In this document: piece by piece, positions 57,467-64,000 of the stretch
Layout of the letters: every line of letters starts with the position of its first letter
How positions within the stretch are numbered: position 1 is the stretch's first letter
Source: Minisyncoccota bacterium
GTDB taxonomy: Bacteria; Patescibacteriota; Microgenomatia; PFEM01; JAFGMK01
NCBI GenBank assembly: GCA_016927565.1
Contig: JAFGMK010000006.1
Location: 37,942 to 101,941, forward strand
DNA: 64,000 nt
Reading direction: 5' to 3'
The notes under the pieces: model-generated
What the model was told of the DNA's origin: nothing
Database searches by the model: none
The model's input: the letters and a program-made list of their open reading frames with translations, nothing else
Made by a program: the position numbers and the translations under genes

Positions 57467-58450
57467 TTAAGCATAATCTTTCCCGGTAAACAATTCTCGA
57501 ATAATATCTTCTATCTTTTCTTCCTCAAGAGTCAAGTCAGCTATCGGAAAGTGCTGGAGAAGTTCGGCAGCCGCCAAAGGGGCAGTCTCTCTTTTAATGG
57601 AAAGAGTGGCTTCGGGAAAATGATAGCTTTTCACTTGACCAATTTTAGCTAGCTTTTTAGGATCGATTTCTTGAGAAAAGACAACCGAAACAATTTTATG
57701 GTCAGCATATTTTGAGATGATCTCACTAAGCCGACCATCAAAGACCAGTCGACCTCGATCAATAATTAAAACCCGCTGACAAAGCTCTTTAACATCATCC
57801 ATATTGTGACTGGTCAGAATAATCGCCGACTTAAAACGCCGATTATAAAGCTTAATAAAATCACGCACTCGCTTTTGCATTACCACATCCAAACCAATTG
57901 TCGGTTCATCCAGAAAAAGCACTTTGGGCGAATGGATTAAAGCGGCAATCAACTCGCACTTCATTCGCTGGCCTAAAGAAAGTTTTCGAGTTTGGATTTT
58001 TAATACCTCTTCAACTTCTAATATTTTTACCAATTCGTTAAGAGTTTGTTCATATTGTTTTTGAGGCACTTCATAAATTTCCCGATTCAAGATAAAGGTT
58101 TCAATCGGCGGCAGATCCCACCAAAGTTGATTTTTCTGGCCCATAACTAAGGAAAACTGCTTTTGAAACTCCGGCTTTCGATCCCAAGGGGTAAAACCCA
58201 GAACTTCGACTGTTCCTTCATTAGGAAACAAAAGTCCGGAGAGACATTTTAGAGTCGTGGTTTTACCCGCTCCGTTCGGACCGATAAAACCCACCAGTTC
58301 TCCCCGGCCAATCGAGAAAGAAATGTTGTCTACTGCCTTAACGGGTTGATATTTCCGCCTTAACAAGGACTTCATCGACCCCAGAAGGCCCGGTTCTTTT
58401 TGATAAACCCGGTAATATTTTTTAAGATTCCTGACTCTGATAACCGACAT
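57467..58450 (-). CDS. ABC transporter ATP-binding protein
   Basis: GPNGAGKT, LSLGQRMK, LDEPTIGLD, TSH. Confidence 0.95.
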   Translation of the reverse strand: MSVIRVRNLKKYYRVYQKEPGLLGSMKSLLRRKYQPVKAVDNISFSIGRGELVGFIGPNGAGKTTTLKCLSGLLFPNEGTVEVLGFTPWDRKPEFQKQFSLVMGQKNQLWWDLPPIETFILNREIYEVPQKQYEQTLNELVKILEVEEVLKIQTRKLSLGQRMKCELIAALIHSPKVLFLDEPTIGLDVVMQKRVRDFIKLYNRRFKSAIILTSHNMDDVKELCQRVLIIDRGRLVFDGRLSEIISKYADHKIVSVVFSQEIDPKKLAKIGQVKSYHFPEATLSIKRETAPLAAAELLQHFPIADLTLEEEKIEDIIRELFTGKDYA

Positions 58451-58575
58451 TGGTTTTCTCTATCTTCTTATTATACACGCAGCGCCTTCGGATCCGGGAT
58501 CAAAAATGGCCAACAATCCCACATCGCTAACATTGAAGCTTCTCCATGCCAGAATAACCGAATGTTTCATCCATT

Positions 58576-59391
58576 TTATGAACTGGCTGACTGATAATGC
58601 TTCAGGGCTAGCCGCCAAAATAAGGCGGAAGTCTTTAAAAAAACTGCCGCCAGCGCCAGAGCTGCCGGAACCCACCACCAAATAAAATCACCCATCAAGG
58701 TCTGGGTCGGAAAACTAACCATAAAAGCAATTGGCAAAACCAATATAAAAAAAATTCTAAAGGGCCCTTTAAAAATGCTATGAGGTCTTTCGGCTAAAAA
58801 AAGCAAGTGTTCAGCCAGTTCCGGCAACGGAGTAGCATTAATCAACCAGACCGACAAGGTCGTAATTATCATCCCCACCGAATATGCAATCACCAGGCCG
58901 GAAAGAAAAATGGTCAAAAAGGGTAAGAATAACCAAGGATCAAAACCATAACCGCCGCCGGTAAATCCTAAATAAATCAGGATCAACCCGGGAATCAAAC
59001 TTGGGATAAAAGTAAAATAAGGCCGCCACATTGAAACTACGAACTGAGAGTTCAGAGGCTTAGTCAAAATTAAATCCAGCTCACCCCGGGTGATTTTCTC
59101 GGGTAGTTTTCGAAGATTAAAAATAAAAAATAATCCCAAGATCGTTTCGGAAAAAACCGTTCCCAAACCGATCAAAATCAGCATCTGGTGAAAATTCCAG
59201 CCCGCCACTTCGGAGATATTAACAAAGATAATTCGCAGAGAAATTAAACCGGTTAAAACATAGCCAAATTCAACTAACCATTCCAGGAAAAAGTTTAACC
59301 GATAGGTCATATCTCGAATCGCGGCAAACTTGATTAATTGCCAATAAATCTTGAGGTGTTTTCTGAAATTATTAACTTCCATAGGCTTCAT
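58576..59391 (-). CDS. ABC-2 type permease
   Basis: GELDLILTKP, multi-TM, ends YQSASS. Confidence 0.88.
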   Translation of the reverse strand: MKPMEVNNFRKHLKIYWQLIKFAAIRDMTYRLNFFLEWLVEFGYVLTGLISLRIIFVNISEVAGWNFHQMLILIGLGTVFSETILGLFFIFNLRKLPEKITRGELDLILTKPLNSQFVVSMWRPYFTFIPSLIPGLILIYLGFTGGGYGFDPWLFLPFLTIFLSGLVIAYSVGMIITTLSVWLINATPLPELAEHLLFLAERPHSIFKGPFRIFFILVLPIAFMVSFPTQTLMGDFIWWWVPAALALAAVFLKTSALFWRLALKHYQSASS

Positions 59392-60166
59392 ATTTAGTCA
59401 ATCCCCGGCGCCAAAGATGCCTTGACAAAAAATAAAAAAAACCGCTCCAGAGCACTATCTTTATAAAACCGGAAAAAATCTCATCCGGGGAAAAATAGCC
59501 TTGGGCTATTTTAATCGGAAAAAAGTAAAAAAACTGCCAGGGTAAAAAAAAGAAAATCCTTTTCCAACCGGCCGGAACCAAATCAAGCGGGATCATCATT
59601 CCCCCGAAAATCATAATTGAAACAAGTTTAAAATGTTTTAATGCCCAAACATTAGTTAACCAAAAAGCTCCCAAAGACAAAGCGTAGTCTAACCAGAAAT
59701 GAAGCCAAAAAGCCAGCAAAGAAAAACCAAAAGCCAGCAAAAGATTGATTCCCTTAAGATGGAAATCCAAAGCAGAAGAAAAAAATAAAAAAAAGACCAG
59801 AAAAAACGGCACTTTAAAAAGCTGCTCGTTAGTTTTATTAGCCAATTGCCGCAAAAGATTAACCAAGGCATAGCTATAGGGTTTTAAAAGGGCAAAAGAA
59901 AACTGACCGCTTTCGATTCTTTGTGGCAAAGAAGAAGAAACGTAAACATGGGTAATTGACCCGATGAGAGGAATTAAAAGATAATAAAAAATCATTTGGC
60001 TGGCATCATAATTACCTACCATGGTTTGATCACGAAAGATGGCAGTCCACAGAAAAACTCCTGAAGCGGTAATTACCAGTTGAATCACCGCCCAACAAAC
60101 GGGAACGGCTCGGTATTCAAAGTGAGTAATTAGATAGCCTCTAAAAAAAGCCCAGTATTTTTTCAT
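59372..60166 (-). CDS. ABC-2 type permease
   Basis: G.FS..LLKP, GG..IPLD..P, ends YEAYGS. Confidence 0.88.
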   Translation of the reverse strand: MKKYWAFFRGYLITHFEYRAVPVCWAVIQLVITASGVFLWTAIFRDQTMVGNYDASQMIFYYLLIPLIGSITHVYVSSSLPQRIESGQFSFALLKPYSYALVNLLRQLANKTNEQLFKVPFFLVFFLFFSSALDFHLKGINLLLAFGFSLLAFWLHFWLDYALSLGAFWLTNVWALKHFKLVSIMIFGGMMIPLDLVPAGWKRIFFFLPWQFFYFFPIKIAQGYFSPDEIFSGFIKIVLWSGFFYFLSRHLWRRGLTKYEAYGS

Positions 60167-60275
60167 TATCTTCTCTTAAGGAGAAGTATAAACTATTCTG
60201 TGGGGGAGTCGTCAAACTTTTTTTAGGTAAAAAAGGCTGAGGTGTGAATCTGAAAGATCTTCAGGGAATATAAAG

Positions 60276-60551
60276 TCAGCGCCTAATAGTTTGTTTAAGA
60301 GGTTTGCCGGGAATAAAACGAGGAGCTCGATGAGCTCGAACAGTTCTTCTTTCTCCGGTTCCGGGGATAACTACTGATTTATCCTCAACCTTAACCACTT
60401 TAAAGGTACCAAAACCGGATAAAAGAATTTTTTCGCCTCTTTTTAAAGATTTAATAATTTCGTCAAGAAAAACGTTTACTGCCTCCCGAGCGGCCTTTCT
60501 CGTTAAATGCGCCTTTTTGGAAACAATTTCCACCAACTCTCTTTTGGTCAC
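60276..60551 (-). CDS. hup: HU histone-like DNA-binding protein
   Basis: MTKRELVE, GFGTF, P.TGE, PRFIPGK.LK. Confidence 0.93.
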   Translation of the reverse strand: MTKRELVEIVSKKAHLTRKAAREAVNVFLDEIIKSLKRGEKILLSGFGTFKVVKVEDKSVVIPGTGERRTVRAHRAPRFIPGKPLKQTIRR

Positions 60552-60640
60552 AATCTTCCTTTCCGAGCAGTTTTTGCGGTTAAGTTGTTCCTAAATTAAC
60601 ACCCCCTGTCTAATTTGTCAAGCTAATTAGGCAAAATCTA

Positions 60641-62161
60641 TCATTTGGCTCTTGTTGTTTCCGTCACTCTTGTCTCCCGGATGCAGGTAACTTTAATCTG
60701 GCCAACATAGGCCACTTCTTTTTCCAGCTTTTCTTTAATTTTCCGAGCTAATAGAGAGAGCTGGCTATCGGAAACTGCCTCCGGCTTGATAAGAATTCTG
60801 ACCTCTCGACCTGCCTGGTAAGCAAAAGCCGCTTGAACTTCGGGATAGGATGTAGCGGCGGTTTCAATCTCGGTCATTCTTTTTACATACTCTCCGTGAG
60901 GTTCGTATCGAGCTCCGGGCCGGGCTCCGGAAATGGCGTCAGCCACCCAAACAATCCTTGATTCAGCTGAAGAAAAGGACTTATCCTCGTGATGTTCAGC
61001 AATACAAGCAACTACCGCCTCGGGTAATCGGTATTTTTTAGCCAGATCCACTCCCAAATCAACATGGGTTCCTTCTTCTTCGGTCACTACCTTACCGATA
61101 TCGTGAAGTAAACAGGCTAACCGGACAATATTAACATTAGCTTTGACTTCAATGGCAATTGCCACACCGATCTTTACCACCTCAAGAGTGTGAACAGCCA
61201 TATTCTGCCCATAAGAAAAACGGAACTTGTACCGGCCCAGGATATTGACCAGATCAGGATGAAGGCGAAAGACACCTGTTTCCCGGCAAAGCCTCCGACC
61301 CTGGTCAGTTAAAATCTGATCCACTTCTTCGCGAGTTTTTTGAACCACCTCTTCTATTCGCGAAGGACGAATCCGCCGGTCTTTGATCAATTTCTCCAAA
61401 GAGCGGCGAGCAACTTCTCTCCTGATCGGATCAAATGAAGAAAGATAAATATCATTGCTTTCATCCAGCTCAATTTCGACTCCGGTTGCCCGCTCAAAAG
61501 CCCGAATATTCCTTCCCTCCCGACCGATAATCCTCCCCTTCATTTCCTCATCGGTCAGTTTTAGCGTGGAAACAGTATATTCAACCACACAATCAGTCAC
61601 CCCCCGCTGCATCGCTTCAGTCAAAATATCCTTAGCTTTTTCCTCAGCTTGAGATTTGATTTCCTGCTCTGACTCCTGAACCTTTTGGGCAATTTCTTCA
61701 GCCAGGCTTTTTTCAACTTGCCCAAGAATCATTTCTTTGGCTTGTTCGCGGGTTAAGGAAGCTATTTTTTCAAGTTTAGCTACCTGGCCTTTCCTAAGCT
61801 GTTCAATTTCAGCCTGCTTTTTTTCGATCACCGATTTTTGCTGTTCAAGAATTCTCTCTCTTTCTTCCAAGGCGCCCCTTTTCCGACCCATCTCCGCTTC
61901 TTGGACAACCGCACTCTCTCTTAACGCTTCCGCCTCTCTCCTGATCATCGCTGCCGCTGATTCGGCCACCGCCTTAATCTCAGCTGCTTCCTTTTGAGCC
62001 CGGTCCAGCACCGCCTCAGCCTTACCCTCTGAAGCAATTGATTGCGGTTTTGGTTTAGGTTTAGGTTTAAAACGAGCAGGCGGAAGTTGTTTTTTGGGCT
62101 GGACTTTTTTTTCCAGGTTGCCTGCCAAAACCCGTTTCAATTGAGAAAAAAATGAGTTCAT
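60641..62161 (-). CDS. rny: Ribonuclease Y
   Basis: KGRIIGREGRNI KH domain, SYGQN, LHDIGK HD domain, ADAISGARPGAR; start at MNSFF. Confidence 0.95.
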   Translation of the reverse strand: MNSFFSQLKRVLAGNLEKKVQPKKQLPPARFKPKPKPKPQSIASEGKAEAVLDRAQKEAAEIKAVAESAAAMIRREAEALRESAVVQEAEMGRKRGALEERERILEQQKSVIEKKQAEIEQLRKGQVAKLEKIASLTREQAKEMILGQVEKSLAEEIAQKVQESEQEIKSQAEEKAKDILTEAMQRGVTDCVVEYTVSTLKLTDEEMKGRIIGREGRNIRAFERATGVEIELDESNDIYLSSFDPIRREVARRSLEKLIKDRRIRPSRIEEVVQKTREEVDQILTDQGRRLCRETGVFRLHPDLVNILGRYKFRFSYGQNMAVHTLEVVKIGVAIAIEVKANVNIVRLACLLHDIGKVVTEEEGTHVDLGVDLAKKYRLPEAVVACIAEHHEDKSFSSAESRIVWVADAISGARPGARYEPHGEYVKRMTEIETAATSYPEVQAAFAYQAGREVRILIKPEAVSDSQLSLLARKIKEKLEKEVAYVGQIKVTCIRETRVTETTRAK

Positions 62162-62312
62162 AAAAACCTCCCGAAAAGCAGTTGGGGCTTTTAAGGCCAA
62201 AAAGAAGGATTAGGGCTTGAAAAAACTAACCAGCACGGATAAACGTATCAGGATCATTTTAAAACCACCTTCTAAATCAAACTGCTTAATTTATTGATTA
62301 ATTACCCTGATT

Positions 62313-62795
62313 TTAAGCTTTTCGGGAAAGAGAATCAATAGCTTTTTTAGCACTGGCCCAGCCAAAACCTCGGCGAAGAAGGTAATTGATCAGTTTGCGA
62401 CGGCCCCGCTGATCAATTTTCTGTTTGGAATTATTAATTTTCTTTTGAAGCAATCTCCGAATCAACAATTCTTCATCAACCGTTTTATCAGTTATTTCTT
62501 TAATCAGTTCTCTGTCTAAGCCCTTAGCTGAAAGCTCGGCGGCAATCATTTTTTTGCTCCGAGGTCGAAACTGAGCTCTTTGCTCACACCACCACACAGC
62601 AAAAGCCTTGTCATCGATCAGGTTTTGTTTTTTGAGCTTTGAAATCACCTTCTCGGTAAATTCCGGCCCGATTTCTAACCGAAGGGATTTTTTGTTTAAG
62701 TGGTCACGGACTTCTTTTTCTGCCCGAGAGCGATAAGTTAAAAACTTAAGCGCCTGGTTATAAAGTTTCTGAAACGGATCGTCCAAAACTATCAT
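62313..62795 (-). CDS. recX: Regulatory protein RecX
   Basis: ALKFL.YR.R.EKE, LIDD..FA, EL..KG, YLLRRGF. Confidence 0.9.
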   Translation of the reverse strand: MIVLDDPFQKLYNQALKFLTYRSRAEKEVRDHLNKKSLRLEIGPEFTEKVISKLKKQNLIDDKAFAVWWCEQRAQFRPRSKKMIAAELSAKGLDRELIKEITDKTVDEELLIRRLLQKKINNSKQKIDQRGRRKLINYLLRRGFGWASAKKAIDSLSRKA

Positions 62796-62849
62796 CCTGA
62801 TTTATCCTATCACATTTTTATCATCGCGATGATAAACTAAAAAATATCT

Positions 62850-63608
62850 ATGAAGACAATAACTAATTCAATTTGGTTTCCGAAAACGAGCGAAAAAGCG
62901 GTCCTTTTGTTTCACGGATTGGCCAGCTCCTCCTTTGAAACCAGAGGTCTGGCAGAATATTTGACCGAAAAGAATCTGGCCGTTTATTCTCCCACTCTTT
63001 CTTTCCACCAAAGCAGAAGACTTGCTGATTTAAAAAAAGCTAATTTGGCCACTTGGAAAAAAGACGCCCGAAAAGCTTATCGAAAAGTTTCCTCTTTCAA
63101 AAAGGTTTTTGCGGGGGGAATCAGCAACGGCGCCCTTTTAGCCGCTTATTTGGCCCGACAGTATTCTCTTGCCGGGTTAATCATGATTTGCCCACCAATC
63201 AAAACCGGTTTTTCCATTTTTAAGTATTTACCCCAGGAAAAGATTTTTAAATGGCTCGGGGATAAATTCGAATACTTGCCGCGCTTCGATTTTCACATGG
63301 TCCAGAATTGGTCACTGGCCAAGAATTTGCCCCGATTCAGAAAATTACCGGCCCATTTCAGCCATCAGGCAATTCTTCTGGCCAGGGAAACGCGGGAAAA
63401 TTTGAGCAAAATCAAGAGCCCCCTCCTCGTAATTCAAGCCAAATATGATAACCGATCGGCTCCCGAAGGAATTGACTACCTTCTAAAAAACGTCGGTTCA
63501 GAAACTAAAGATCTTTTTTTAGCCAGGAATTCAGGCCATGTAGTTTTGCTTGATAATGATCGCCAGGAAATTTTCGAAAAAATTGCCCGGTTTATAAATC
63601 GCCTATGA
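62850..63608 (+). CDS. Alpha/beta hydrolase (carboxylesterase-like)
   Basis: LLFHG, GISNG (GxSxG), Asp near QAKYD, SGH. Confidence 0.88.
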   Translation: MKTITNSIWFPKTSEKAVLLFHGLASSSFETRGLAEYLTEKNLAVYSPTLSFHQSRRLADLKKANLATWKKDARKAYRKVSSFKKVFAGGISNGALLAAYLARQYSLAGLIMICPPIKTGFSIFKYLPQEKIFKWLGDKFEYLPRFDFHMVQNWSLAKNLPRFRKLPAHFSHQAILLARETRENLSKIKSPLLVIQAKYDNRSAPEGIDYLLKNVGSETKDLFLARNSGHVVLLDNDRQEIFEKIARFINRL

Positions 63609-64000
63609 AGTTAACCTGCATTACTATCGACATCGAAGAAGAATTCTTGAAAAATCGGACCGTGTTAAAAAAGCAAACAATCCGGCTGCTGTCCCTTTTT
63701 AAAAAGCACCAGGTCAGAGCAACTTTTTTTATTTGCGGTTATTTGGCAGAGCAGGAAGCGGGCCTGATCAAAAAAATCTCTCAAAATCATGAGATAGCTG
63801 CTCACGGCTACACTCACCATAACTTAAAAAGGCTCTGCCCTGAGAGTTTAGAAGCTGAGATTAAAAAAGCCCGGTCGGCCTTTTTAAAAATAGGTCTTGA
63901 TCCTAAAGGGTTCCGCTGTCCCTTTTTGATCATTCCCGACCAGTTGGAAAGAGTCCTTATAAAAAACCAATTTCAATATGATTCCAGCCAAAGCGCGGCT
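63605..64000 (+). CDS. Polysaccharide deacetylase family protein (runs off window end)
   Basis: Own translation: TIDIE, ATFF, HEIAAHGYTH, GFRCP, YDSS. Confidence 0.88.
   Translation, partial: MKLTCITIDIEEEFLKNRTVLKKQTIRLLSLFKKHQVRATFFICGYLAEQEAGLIKKISQNHEIAAHGYTHHNLKRLCPESLEAEIKKARSAFLKIGLDPKGFRCPFLIIPDQLERVLIKNQFQYDSSQSAA

Noticed and set aside
800-61997. Numerous 60-150 aa antisense or alternate-frame ORFs inside long genes
   Set aside because: Shadow ORFs of well-supported genes with no motifs
62313-62850. recX without an adjacent recA
   Set aside because: recA may lie elsewhere in the genome; separation is not unusual and cannot be judged from this window

Overview
Chromosomal segment of a low-GC bacterium, most likely Patescibacteria/CPR (Microgenomates-like). 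This is inferred from gene content: DUF3048, DUF4446 and DUF5679-like genes, a PilM-PilN fusion type IV pilus locus, many single-domain receivers, and -10 boxes placed directly before start codons. Housekeeping content: secDF, a membrane glycosylation cluster, comM/yifB, lexA-dinB with an SOS box, ABC transporters, type IV pilus genes, two-component genes around a REP-associated tyrosine transposase, uppP, RNase P RNA, miaA, rnj, miaB, HU, rny and recX. The most striking structure lies upstream of comM (13.4-22.6 kb). The comM promoter plus its first 20 codons occur four times in direct orientation, separating three unrelated cargo cassettes: HD/RHH/NUDIX/kinase; NUDIX plus a 1368-aa multi-glycosyltransferase; and a SUFU protein. 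No integrase is visible and the outermost copy is the most decayed, which suggests an ordered, integron-like cassette array. A dispersed palindromic MITE/REP-like family (about 76-87 bp) is also present, with one copy in frame inside a prepilin leader. All calls come from reading motifs by eye; no database searches were run.
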